Below the pieces are notes generated by a model that saw only the letters and a program-made list of their open reading frames with translations, was not told the DNA's origin and ran no database searches. Positions 16,280-24,881 of a DNA stretch of 64,000 nt are shown piece after piece (position 1 is the stretch's first letter; every line of letters begins with the position of its first letter). The position numbers and the translations under genes are program-made. This stretch comes from Gemmatimonadales bacterium. GTDB lineage: Bacteria > Gemmatimonadota > Gemmatimonadetes > Gemmatimonadales > GWC2-71-9. The stretch covers positions 13,881 to 77,880 of the forward strand of contig JBFXBG010000002.1 in NCBI GenBank assembly GCA_050183505.1. Direction: 5' to 3'.

Positions 16280-17451
16280 ACCGCAACGGCTCGGTCCTGC
16301 TCGTGGGGAATGACCCCGAGGTCCTGGCCACCCTGGTGGGCGCGCTGGAGAGCATCCACGCCACGCTGGTCGTGATCAACGACGATCTGGACCGGGCGGT
16401 CCTCAAGGCGGAACAGGCAGACCCGGTCGCCATCGTCATCCGAAGCTCCGCGGGCGCCTGCATGCCGTTTCATGCCAGCGAATCGCTGGCCCGGACGCTG
16501 GTCATCTTTCTGGTCCAGGACACTGCGGCCGTCCCACCCCCGGTGGTCTGCTCCGGCCTTCATCTATATATGCGCGAACCGCTGGACCCGACCGAGCTGG
16601 CGGCCGCGCTTCACTCGGCGTTCTCCATCCGGCGGCTCACCAGCCGGCTGGACCGCGAAGCCGCCGAACTGGAGCGGCTCCGCGCTTTCACCCGGCAGGG
16701 GGTCCAGGAAACTGTCGGCCTGCTGCGCGGGCTCGGCGAGTTGAGCCTGCCCGGCACCGGGGGGCGGTCCGACCGCCGGGTGCGCATGGCCCTCGCGCTC
16801 GCGGCGCGATTCGCCATTCCCGAGGAACTGCTGCCCGATCTCGAGCTCGCGGCCCGGCTGGTGGAAATCGGCCGGGTCGTGGCGGCGATCCGCCTCAGTC
16901 GGGCCGACGACCACGGGTCACCGCCGGACGCCTGGCATTACGTGCTGGCGAGCCGGGAACTGTTGCGCCAGGTGGCCGGCCTCCAGGAGGCCGCCGACCT
17001 GATCGGCGTCGTCTTCGAGAACTGGGACGGGTCCGGCCACCCGGGACATCGTCAGCAGGGACAGATCCCGCTTCGGTCACGGATCCTGCGGACGGTTCTG
17101 GACTACCAGACGGCACTGGAAGCCGGCGGCGGCCGTTCGCCGCAGGAGGTGATCAGTACGCTCGAATCGCACCAGGGAACCCGGTACGACCCCATGGTCC
17201 TGGTTCACCTGCGCGCCCTGATCGAAGGAGAAGCCGAAGGCGAACGGCGCGAACCGCGGATCCACCTTCAGATTCGCGATCTTCGGGCAGGAATGATCCT
17301 GGCCGACGATCTCTACAGTGATGCCGGCATCAAGCTGCTCGCGAGCGGGACGGTCCTCACCGCCGATGTGCTCCGTACCATCCACGAGCGTGACCGCTTC
17401 GAACCCATGCTGCACGGCGCGAGCGTCAGGCCGCGGCCGGCGCCGGCTTGA
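16276..17451 (+). CDS. degenerate receiver / degenerate HD-GYP domain protein
   Basis: HD-GYP scaffold is recognisable but the catalytic residues are replaced: LHDIGK becomes LVEIGR and HHERWDGSGYP becomes VFENWDGSGHP. The N-terminal REC-like fold lacks the acidic pocket and the phospho-Asp. Start overlaps the motB stop. Confidence 0.75.
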   Translation: MNRNGSVLLVGNDPEVLATLVGALESIHATLVVINDDLDRAVLKAEQADPVAIVIRSSAGACMPFHASESLARTLVIFLVQDTAAVPPPVVCSGLHLYMREPLDPTELAAALHSAFSIRRLTSRLDREAAELERLRAFTRQGVQETVGLLRGLGELSLPGTGGRSDRRVRMALALAARFAIPEELLPDLELAARLVEIGRVVAAIRLSRADDHGSPPDAWHYVLASRELLRQVAGLQEAADLIGVVFENWDGSGHPGHRQQGQIPLRSRILRTVLDYQTALEAGGGRSPQEVISTLESHQGTRYDPMVLVHLRALIEGEAEGERREPRIHLQIRDLRAGMILADDLYSDAGIKLLASGTVLTADVLRTIHERDRFEPMLHGASVRPRPAPA

Positions 17452-17518
17452 TAACGGGTTTGCCTCGCCCGGCGTGGGCCGGTTAGACTCCGGGGGCCCC
17501 GACCCTGGCCGAGGTCCC

Positions 17519-18289
17519 ATGCCTCAGGAGCCCGACCGACGGGCCCAGTCACTCTCCACAGAAGAACGCCTGGATTCTCCCTTACCGGTTATTGCGGGGA
17601 GCCCCCTCGATGTCCTCGCTGTTCAAGCCAGCTGGGACGCGCTTTGTCGCTCGGCGGCGCGTGGCCTTACCCACCTGCTCAACAATACCAGACAGGCACT
17701 GATCCCACCGGCGCTCCCGGAGGGCACCGAGCTGAGCCAGACCATCGAGTGGATGCTCGGGAGGCTGGAATCCGCCGCGGGGGTCCTGGCCCGGATGGGA
17801 CGGCCCCGTGAGGCCCGGCCCAGGCCGACGCTGGTCCCCGAGGTGTTCGAGGAACTCGAGGCCTGGCAGGCGTCACAGTCGGGGCTGCCCCGGAATCCCA
17901 TGGAGTACGACCTGGGGCCGGATCTGCCGGCGGTTGGACTCGGTGCGGGAGACCTGCTGCATGTCCTGCTCGCGCTGGTCACCAATGCCAAGGAGGCGAG
18001 CGAGGGAGAACCGAAACCGATCCGGATCAGCGCCCGGCCGCACTCCTCCGGGGTGCTGATCGAAGTCTGCGACTCGGCCGCCGGAATTCCGGAAGCGGAT
18101 CGGGAACGTGTGCTGGAGCCGTTCGTCGGCTACCGGGAAGGGCATCTTGGCGTCGGGCTCCCCGCGGTCCGATGCCTGCTCCGGGAAACCGGCGGGCGCC
18201 TGACCCTTGGGCCCGGCCCCGGCGGCTGCGGAACGACGGTGTCCGTCTTCCTTCCGGCCTGGAAGCGCCCGGCTGCGGCGGACGCCTAG
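17519..18289 (+). CDS. cytoplasmic histidine-kinase-like protein without a sensor domain
   Basis: H-box-like GLTHLLNNTRQAL. HATPase N/G boxes LVTNAKEA, DSAAGIP and GVGLPAV. Start set to the internal ATG at 17519, after the upstream stop. Confidence 0.65.
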   Translation: MPQEPDRRAQSLSTEERLDSPLPVIAGSPLDVLAVQASWDALCRSAARGLTHLLNNTRQALIPPALPEGTELSQTIEWMLGRLESAAGVLARMGRPREARPRPTLVPEVFEELEAWQASQSGLPRNPMEYDLGPDLPAVGLGAGDLLHVLLALVTNAKEASEGEPKPIRISARPHSSGVLIEVCDSAAGIPEADRERVLEPFVGYREGHLGVGLPAVRCLLRETGGRLTLGPGPGGCGTTVSVFLPAWKRPAAADA

Positions 18290-19650
18290 CGGACCATCTG
18301 CAGGACGTCGTCCATCATCTCGCTGGCAACCTGGACCAGTCGGGCGGCCGCCCCGAAGGCGTGCTGCTGGCCGATCAACGTTACCATCTCCTCGTCGATC
18401 GAGACCCCGCTCACGCTGCTGCGCTGCGCGTCCGCCCGGTCGACCAGCGTCTGCTGGGTCGAGGCGTTCTGATTCGCGTCGCTGACCGCCGTGCCCACCG
18501 CCGAGGCGAGATCGATGTAGAAGTCCCGCAGGGTACGCCCGCTCAGGGAAGGCACCGCGGTACCGCCGAGCTGGGACAACTGAAGCGCCACCGCCGCATC
18601 ACCGGGGGCATTGCCGGCCCCTGTGGCAATCGCGTCGGGCGAGGCCTGCACGGACACCGAGAGTCCGATGGTCGCCGCCGTGGTACCCGCCGGATCGAAG
18701 AAATCCACTCCGGTGGCACCCAGAGCGTTGTATCCCGTCTGATGAACCGCGTTCACTTCCATCACGAGACCCTGGGCCAGGGCGTCCAGCTGGGCCCGGA
18801 TGCCGGGCAGCGTGGTGGTGCTGAGATCGTTCAGGGCCTTGAGGCTCCCCGCCTGGGGATCGACGGCGCCGCCCCCCGCCAGCCCCACCCCGACTCCTCC
18901 ACCGCCGGCGGGGACCACCGTCAGGGTGTTTGCCAGGCCGCCGTCGACCAGCATGGCGTCCCCGAACAGCACCCCGACGGTTCCGTCATTCCGCTCCAGA
19001 ACCCGCACCGCGCCCAGCTGGCTCAGCCGGTCGATCGCGACGTCACGCTGATCGGCCAGGTCGGCCGAGCCGCCGCTGCCGCCGGCCGACAGCAGCCGGG
19101 TATTGAGGTCGGCAATCTGGCGGGCGAGCCCGTTGGCTTCGCTTACCTGGGCCGAGAGCTGGCTGGTGACGTCCTGCATCGCGGCGGTGATCGTCGCATC
19201 CAGCCGATGGAACTGCTGAATCAGGCTGTTGGCCTTCTGCGCCACCTGTCCCCGGGCCACCGGATTGGTGGGATCGGCCGCCAGATCGGCGAACGATCCG
19301 AAGAGTCCGTCCAGGGCCGAAGCCAGCCCGGTATCGGACGGCTCGTTGATCGCCGCCTCGACCCGGCCAAGAAAATCCCGCAGCGTGGTCGAGGTACCAA
19401 GCAGACCCGACTCCCGCCGGAAGGCGGAGTCAAAGAACTGGTCCCGCGCCCGCGAGATTCCTTCGGCCGTTACGCCGCGCCCGATCGCGCCGCCGGGCGT
19501 GAGCAGCGGGACGGCGGCCGCCAGATCCAGCCGCTGGCGGCTGTAACCCGGCGTCTGCGCATTGGCCACGTTGTGCGCGGTGACGTCCATGGCGCGCTGA
19601 TGGGTCACCATGGCCGATCGCGCGATGCTGAGAAAGCTGGTCAGGGACAT
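18286..19650 (-). CDS. flgK: flagellar hook-associated protein 1 FlgK
   Basis: N-terminus MSLTSFLSIARSAMVTHQRAMDVTAHNVANAQTPGYSRQ and conserved C-terminal heptads. Confidence 0.9.
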   Translation of the reverse strand: MSLTSFLSIARSAMVTHQRAMDVTAHNVANAQTPGYSRQRLDLAAAVPLLTPGGAIGRGVTAEGISRARDQFFDSAFRRESGLLGTSTTLRDFLGRVEAAINEPSDTGLASALDGLFGSFADLAADPTNPVARGQVAQKANSLIQQFHRLDATITAAMQDVTSQLSAQVSEANGLARQIADLNTRLLSAGGSGGSADLADQRDVAIDRLSQLGAVRVLERNDGTVGVLFGDAMLVDGGLANTLTVVPAGGGGVGVGLAGGGAVDPQAGSLKALNDLSTTTLPGIRAQLDALAQGLVMEVNAVHQTGYNALGATGVDFFDPAGTTAATIGLSVSVQASPDAIATGAGNAPGDAAVALQLSQLGGTAVPSLSGRTLRDFYIDLASAVGTAVSDANQNASTQQTLVDRADAQRSSVSGVSIDEEMVTLIGQQHAFGAAARLVQVASEMMDDVLQMVR

Positions 19651-19653
19651 CGT

Positions 19654-20190
19654 TCAAGCCCTCCGATTGAGCAGCCGGCCGCTTTCGGCCCGCTCCCGCT
19701 CGTCCGGGAGCGGCCGGTAGGCCGGAGCCGGCCCGTCGGCGGCCGCGAACAGCCGTTGGAGAAACGCTTCCCCGCTCTCGACCGCCCGCCGGAGCACGTC
19801 GCGATTGATCGTCGTTTCCCGGGCCACGTCCCGGGCGGCACGGTGCAGCCGCAGAATCGCGTCGGCAAGCCGCGGCGGTACTGGCGCGCCAAGTTCGCGC
19901 TCCAGATCCTGCAGCGGGAAATCCCGGCTCAGGCCGGCCTCACGAAGCGCCTCCCGCCGCCTTTGCCGGGCGGTGTCGATGTTGAGCAACGTCCGGCTCA
20001 CCGATTCCACGCTGGCGGAAACCCCGCCGGCATCGTCGGCCGACACGGCCACCCGCTGCTGCTGAAGCTCATCCCGCAACAGACAGATGAGCTGAATCTC
20101 CGATTCGAGGGCCGCCGCAATGGCGGCCAGCGATTCCGGGGCGAGGTTCACCGTCAGGGCCTCCGTTCCACCGCTTACGAGTTGCATCAC
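19654..20190 (-). CDS. flgN: FlgN-like flagellar export chaperone
   Basis: Helical 178-aa protein immediately upstream of flgK. GTGA overlap with flgJ. Assignment rests mainly on position. Confidence 0.5.
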   Translation of the reverse strand: MMQLVSGGTEALTVNLAPESLAAIAAALESEIQLICLLRDELQQQRVAVSADDAGGVSASVESVSRTLLNIDTARQRRREALREAGLSRDFPLQDLERELGAPVPPRLADAILRLHRAARDVARETTINRDVLRRAVESGEAFLQRLFAAADGPAPAYRPLPDERERAESGRLLNRRA

Positions 20191-20492
20191 TCCGCTCCCC
20201 CGGCCGGCGTGGATTCAGGGAACACCCGGCTGCTCAGCTGCCGGTAGAGAGCTTCACCCATGCCACGGGACATTCTGCGAGCCGCCTCACTGGCCAGGCG
20301 GTCATCCAGCATCGCGTTGAACATGTCCCGGCCCGGGTCGGCCTCGGTCAGCCCGCCCTGCGGGACCGAGGCGCGCATGGCCTGGAACAGCTGCGCGATG
20401 AATACGCCTTCGAGGTCGTGCGCCACCTGCCGGAGCTGGGCCCGGTCATCCCGTTGCGGCAGACCGCCACCGATCGGAGGAATGGCGGTCAT
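20187..20492 (-). CDS. flgJ: rod-binding protein (FlgJ N-terminal domain only, no muramidase domain)
   Basis: LRQVAHDLEGVFIAQLFQAMR...MFNAMLDDRLA matches the Rod_binding pattern. Confidence 0.7.
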   Translation of the reverse strand: MTAIPPIGGGLPQRDDRAQLRQVAHDLEGVFIAQLFQAMRASVPQGGLTEADPGRDMFNAMLDDRLASEAARRMSRGMGEALYRQLSSRVFPESTPAGGAE

Positions 20493-21532
20493 CGGATCAC
20501 CACTTCCGCCCGGAGCGCGCCGGAAGCGCGCAGCGCTTCGAAAATCGCGGCGACTTCGTCCGGCCGCGCGCCGACGGCGTGCAGGCCGGCCGCGATATCC
20601 TGGACGGTCGCATCCGGCGCGACGCGTACCAGGCCGTCGGCCGCCGGACCCGCCGCCCCGCCTACTTCCAGGGTCAGTCCGTGGTGGCTTACCACCCCGG
20701 ATCCGACCGTCAGGCCGCCGCCGGCCGCGATGGTGCCCTCCCGGGTATTGATCACCACCCGGGCAGGGCCGCTGACCGGAACGGGCAGCGTATCCAGGGC
20801 AGCCAGAAACACATTGGCAGTATCGGCAAGATCACCCGGGGGCTTGAGCAGAACGGAGCCGGGGTCGGTGGCCCGAGCCGTTCCCGGGCCGCGGGCCCGG
20901 TTGACCGCCTCGGCGATGGCCGTCGCGGTGCCGAGGTTCGGGTCCTTCAGGACCAGGCGCAATTCGGCCGCCGGGGCAACCGGGCTCGGATCGGCCTCCA
21001 GCAGACCGCCCTGGATGATCCGTCCGGAATTCCCCCGTCTGGCGGCCGGACCGTAGGCCACGGTCTCACCCTCCACATACAACGGGCCCTGGGCGGTGGC
21101 GACCGGCGGGTCATTGGGATTCTCGACCAGCGGCGTCATCCAGAGGACACCGCCCCGGAGCGAGGTGGCATCACCCATGGCCGAAACCTGTACCTCGAAC
21201 CGACCGCCCGAACGGAGGTAGGGAGACAACTCGGCGGTGACCAGCACCGCCGCCACGTTCCGCAGGCGCAGCCGGTCGGGAGGCACCTCGATATTGAACC
21301 GCCGGAGCAGGTTGACCACCGAGCGCACCGTCATGGTGCCGCCGGCGTAGGTCCCGAAGCTCCGGTCGCCGGTACCGTCGAGGCCGACGACGAGGCCGTA
21401 GCCGACCACCCGCCGGGGCAGATCGCCCGGTCGGAAGGTGAGATCCCCGATCCGCGCGACGCTCTGTGCGGCGGCGCCGGCCGGGAGCAGCAGGGCGAGC
21501 AGCGCCGCCCATCGCATCGATGTTGCCGTCAT
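20489..21532 (-). CDS. flgI: flagellar P-ring protein FlgI
   Basis: Signal peptide followed by RIGDLT...VVGYGLVVGLDGTGD. Confidence 0.9.
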   Translation of the reverse strand: MTATSMRWAALLALLLPAGAAAQSVARIGDLTFRPGDLPRRVVGYGLVVGLDGTGDRSFGTYAGGTMTVRSVVNLLRRFNIEVPPDRLRLRNVAAVLVTAELSPYLRSGGRFEVQVSAMGDATSLRGGVLWMTPLVENPNDPPVATAQGPLYVEGETVAYGPAARRGNSGRIIQGGLLEADPSPVAPAAELRLVLKDPNLGTATAIAEAVNRARGPGTARATDPGSVLLKPPGDLADTANVFLAALDTLPVPVSGPARVVINTREGTIAAGGGLTVGSGVVSHHGLTLEVGGAAGPAADGLVRVAPDATVQDIAAGLHAVGARPDEVAAIFEALRASGALRAEVVIR

Positions 21533-22155
21533 GGCCAGAGTATCGAGAGAATGCGGCCGAGGATCCCCTGCCGGGGACCGATCTTCTTGCCGCGATAGGT
21601 GATCACGCTTTCCGCGATTCGATTCGACAGCACGTAATTCGATGCGGCGATGTCTTCGGAACGGACCAGGCCCTGGACCGTGATCTCCTGCTTCCGTCCG
21701 TCCACGGTCACTTCCTTGCGGCCCTCGATATGCGCCACTCCGTTGGGCTCGACGGCCGTCACCCGGACGCTGAGCACGGCGGTGAGATCGCCCCGGCGTC
21801 CCGCTTCGCCGACGTCACGGGAATCGCTGTTCATGCCGGTGCCGAACCCCTTCGAGGGGCCCAGCCGCACGTCGTCACCGATGCCCGCGTTGAGGTTGGT
21901 GCGCTGGGACCGGTTGCCGGTGGCAACCTGGGAGACCCGCTCGCTCGCCGCCGTCTGCTCGTCCACGACGACGGTCAGGATGTCGCCCACCCGGAGCGGC
22001 ATCCGGTCGGAGACCCAGGACGCGCGGGTGGGAGACAGTCCCGCCCGAGCGGGCGGCGGGGCGGCGGAATCCGCGGGGGCCTGCTGGGCGCCGGCCGCGC
22101 CGGCGGCCAGGATCGCCAGCATGCCGGCCAACAGTCCAACTCCGGTCCTGCTCAT
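21529..22155 (-). CDS. flgH: flagellar L-ring protein FlgH
   Basis: Start set at MSRTGVGLLAGMLAILAAG (ATGA overlap with flgA). Conserved GDILTVVVDE...ITVQG. No lipobox Cys is visible. Confidence 0.85.
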   Translation of the reverse strand: MSRTGVGLLAGMLAILAAGAAGAQQAPADSAAPPPARAGLSPTRASWVSDRMPLRVGDILTVVVDEQTAASERVSQVATGNRSQRTNLNAGIGDDVRLGPSKGFGTGMNSDSRDVGEAGRRGDLTAVLSVRVTAVEPNGVAHIEGRKEVTVDGRKQEITVQGLVRSEDIAASNYVLSNRIAESVITYRGKKIGPRQGILGRILSILWP

Positions 22156-22841
22156 GAGTCTCCTCCTGCCAGAAGCGCGGTCCCGGCCCCATTGGCGGTG
22201 GCGACCACCGATCCAGTGCGGCCCTCGATCCGGGCCCGGACCGATTCGCCAAGTCGGGCGGAGTTGAGGGCGGTACCGTTCACGGTGATCCGGACCCCGC
22301 CGCGTTCCCACGACAGCGTGACCGGAGCCCCGGCCTCGATCACCGCCGGGGGGACCACGGCGGGCCAGGTGATTTCCTCTCCCGCGGCGATGGTACGGCG
22401 GACTTCCCAGCCGGGGGCCGCATCGGCGCGCGGCGAGGTCGATGCTCCCCAGTGAACCCGTTCTTCGACCTTGATGTCCTCCGGTGCCAGCGTGGTGCCG
22501 GAGCGGACGGCGCGCGCCGCGACCGGGACGCTGTCTCTGACTCCCGCCCGGAGCTGGACCGCGGCGGCGTTCCGGTCATCCGGATTGAACACCACAGTGA
22601 ACCATCCGTCGGTGCCCCTCCCCACCAGCCGGAAGGGTACGGCCGCCGCGGGCCAACGCTCGCTGCGACCCCAGGCCAGCTGAATCCGGCCGGGAGGCAC
22701 AGCCCAGTCGTCCGCGATCCGCTGCGCGACGGCCAGCTCGATCGCGGGCGGTGGCGCGGCCGGTAGCTGCTGAGCCGCGGCCGGAACCGCCAGCGCGGCC
22801 AGGGCCGCGAACAGCGGGGCCGTCCTACCGGATGAGCCCAT
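22152..22841 (-). CDS. flgA: flagellar P-ring assembly chaperone FlgA (SAF domain)
   Basis: Signal peptide, SAF-like RAVRSGTTLAPEDI, and its position between flgG and flgH. Confidence 0.75.
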   Translation of the reverse strand: MGSSGRTAPLFAALAALAVPAAAQQLPAAPPPAIELAVAQRIADDWAVPPGRIQLAWGRSERWPAAAVPFRLVGRGTDGWFTVVFNPDDRNAAAVQLRAGVRDSVPVAARAVRSGTTLAPEDIKVEERVHWGASTSPRADAAPGWEVRRTIAAGEEITWPAVVPPAVIEAGAPVTLSWERGGVRITVNGTALNSARLGESVRARIEGRTGSVVATANGAGTALLAGGDS

Positions 22842-23613
22842 CGGCCGCCTGCATCATGTCCTCGCCGGCGCGGATGGCCTTGGCATTGATCTCGTAGGCC
22901 CGCTGCGCGGCGATCATGTCGGTCATCTCCTGCACGATTTCCACGTTGCTCGACTCCAGCGTTCCCTGCAGCAGGCGGCCGAAGCCGTCCTCCTGCGGGA
23001 ATCCGGTAATCGGCTGGCCCGACGCGGCGGTCTCCACGTATTCGTTCTCGCCGATGGCCTGGAGGCCGGTGGGGTTCAGGAACCGGGCCAGTTCGATGCG
23101 GCCGATCTCGACCGGCGTGCTGCTCGATCCCGAGGTCACGCTCACGATCCCGCTCGGCCCGATCGACAGGTTGGTCGCGTCCTGCGGGATGGTGATTCCC
23201 GGGAGGACCACGTACCCGCCGTTGGTGACCAGCGTGCCGCTGTCGGAGATCGTGAAACTGCCGTCCCGCGTGAACGCGGTCGTCCCATCGGGCCGTTCCA
23301 GCTGAAAGAAGCCGTCGCCTTCGATCGACAGGTCGAGCGGCCGTCCGGTCATCTCGGGCGAGCCCTGCGAGTGCAGGCGCAGCACCGCCGCAACCCGTAC
23401 GCCCTTGCCGATCTGAATCGGGCTGATGGTCGAGTTGCCCTGGTAGTTCACGATCCGCCCGCCCTGCACGGTCTCGTAGAGCACATCCTCGAAGCTCACC
23501 CGGCTGCGTTTGAAGCCGGTGGTGTTGACGTTCGCCAGATTGTTGGCGATCACGTCGATCATCCGCTGCTGGGCGATCATGCCGCTCGCCGACGTCCGCA
23601 GACTCGAATCCAT
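22825..23613 (-). CDS. flgG: flagellar distal rod protein FlgG
   Basis: SASGMIAQQRMIDVIANNLANVNTTGFKRSR and C-terminal LESSNV...MIAAQRAYE. Confidence 0.9.
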   Translation of the reverse strand: MDSSLRTSASGMIAQQRMIDVIANNLANVNTTGFKRSRVSFEDVLYETVQGGRIVNYQGNSTISPIQIGKGVRVAAVLRLHSQGSPEMTGRPLDLSIEGDGFFQLERPDGTTAFTRDGSFTISDSGTLVTNGGYVVLPGITIPQDATNLSIGPSGIVSVTSGSSSTPVEIGRIELARFLNPTGLQAIGENEYVETAASGQPITGFPQEDGFGRLLQGTLESSNVEIVQEMTDMIAAQRAYEINAKAIRAGEDMMQAADGLIR

Positions 23614-23652
23614 GGTTCGTTTCCTCTCTCCTGGGTATCGGACAAGGACCGG

Positions 23653-24348
23653 CTACGGAACCCGGCCGACCTGGCCGGTGACCGTGGCCAGCACACTGTC
23701 CATCGCCTTCAGCGCGTCGATGTTCGCGGTGTAGGCCCGCTGAATCGTGACCAGATCCACCATCGACAGCATTGAGTCCACGTTGGATTCCTCAACCGCC
23801 CCCTGACGCACCCGGAGCGAGCCTTCCTCGACCCGCTGCGGCGGCACCGACGCCACGAACCGGCCCATGCCTTCCTTCCGGAGCGAGGCCGGGTCGGCGA
23901 CGGTGACCATACGAAGCCGCCCGGCCGGAGCCCCGTCGACCAGGATGGTGCCGTCCCCGTGAAACTCGAGGTTCTGGCCCTGCAGGATGATCGGACCGTC
24001 TTCACCCAGCACCAGGTCACCATGTGCGTCGGTGAGCCGGCCGGCGGCGTCCAGCCGCAGGGATCCGCCCCGGATGAGGCGTTCACCCTCGGGGGTCCGG
24101 GTGACCAGGAATCCGCGGCCGTCCAGCGCGACATCGAGCGTCCGGCCGGTTTCCCGGAAGGCGCCCTGCTGCAGATCGGTCAGCTGCACCGGCACCGGGA
24201 ACTGGCTGCCGGGCGACAACTCGGCGGTCAGCCGGTCGGCCTTGAAGGCGTCCGAGTTGGCGTTGGCGATGTTGTTGGCGGTCACCTCCTGAAGCCGGAT
24301 CAGGTAGGCGAGTGACCGCGCGGTGTTGACGATGCCACCGACAGGCAT
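23653..24348 (-). CDS. flgF: flagellar proximal rod protein FlgF
   Basis: Start set to the ATG at 24348 (GGGGAG lies 8 nt upstream). EVTANNIANANSDAFK and C-terminal VEESNV...LVTIQRAY. Confidence 0.85.
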   Translation of the reverse strand: MPVGGIVNTARSLAYLIRLQEVTANNIANANSDAFKADRLTAELSPGSQFPVPVQLTDLQQGAFRETGRTLDVALDGRGFLVTRTPEGERLIRGGSLRLDAAGRLTDAHGDLVLGEDGPIILQGQNLEFHGDGTILVDGAPAGRLRMVTVADPASLRKEGMGRFVASVPPQRVEEGSLRVRQGAVEESNVDSMLSMVDLVTIQRAYTANIDALKAMDSVLATVTGQVGRVP

Positions 24349-24392
24349 GGTTCCACTCCCCTCAGACGAAGACATCAGTTCCGCTCCCCTGC

Positions 24393-24426
24393 GGGACTGG
24401 CAAGCGGCATGCCGCCTGCCAGTCCC
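24393..24426 (-). promoter_or_regulatory. 34-nt near-perfect palindrome containing a sigma54-type element (CGGCAT-N5-TTGCC, 24399..24414) upstream of flgF
   Basis: GGGACTGGCAAGCGGCATGCCGCCTGCCAGTCCC. The GG-N10-GC spacing is correct, and the element closely resembles the flgB element. Confidence 0.4.
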
Positions 24427-24524
24427 GCTCCATGTGGTTCTGCCGCTTGCGTTTGCCGGGTCCGCGCCCGCCGGCCGCGCACCCCGCCCGGCGGCCGTCC
24501 ATGCCGGTCCGGCAATTCCTGCCG

Positions 24525-24881
24525 CTACGGGATCTGGACTCTGCCGGTACGAGCCAGCACCCGGACCGCGTCCTGAGCCAGCCCGGTGCGCCGCGCCACC
24601 TCGGCCGGCGATCTCCCCTTCCGCAGCAGTATCCCGAGCGCCCCGGCACGGCGCCGGCGCACCCTCACCAGGAGGAGCGCGGAAAGCGCCAGGCACAGCC
24701 CGAGGCCGGCCGCAAACGAATCCAGCGGTCCGCGGCTGCCGAAGGCCATTGCCGCCTGCCGGAACAGCTCGGGGGCGGCTGCCATCCAGTCCTTCACTAC
24801 CGGAGCCAGCTTCGGCAGGCTGCCCGCCGCGGCAAGCAGAGCCGCGATACCGATGACCATGGGCCAGATCGAGCGCTTCAT
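24525..24881 (-). CDS. hypothetical two-TM membrane protein with C-terminal HTH-like segment, translationally coupled to fliA
   Basis: MKRSIWPMVIGIAALLAAAG... and LGLCLALSALLLV, then RKGRSPAEVARRTGLAQDAVRVLAR. The ATG overlaps the fliA TGA. Confidence 0.5.
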   Translation of the reverse strand: MKRSIWPMVIGIAALLAAAGSLPKLAPVVKDWMAAAPELFRQAAMAFGSRGPLDSFAAGLGLCLALSALLLVRVRRRRAGALGILLRKGRSPAEVARRTGLAQDAVRVLARTGRVQIP

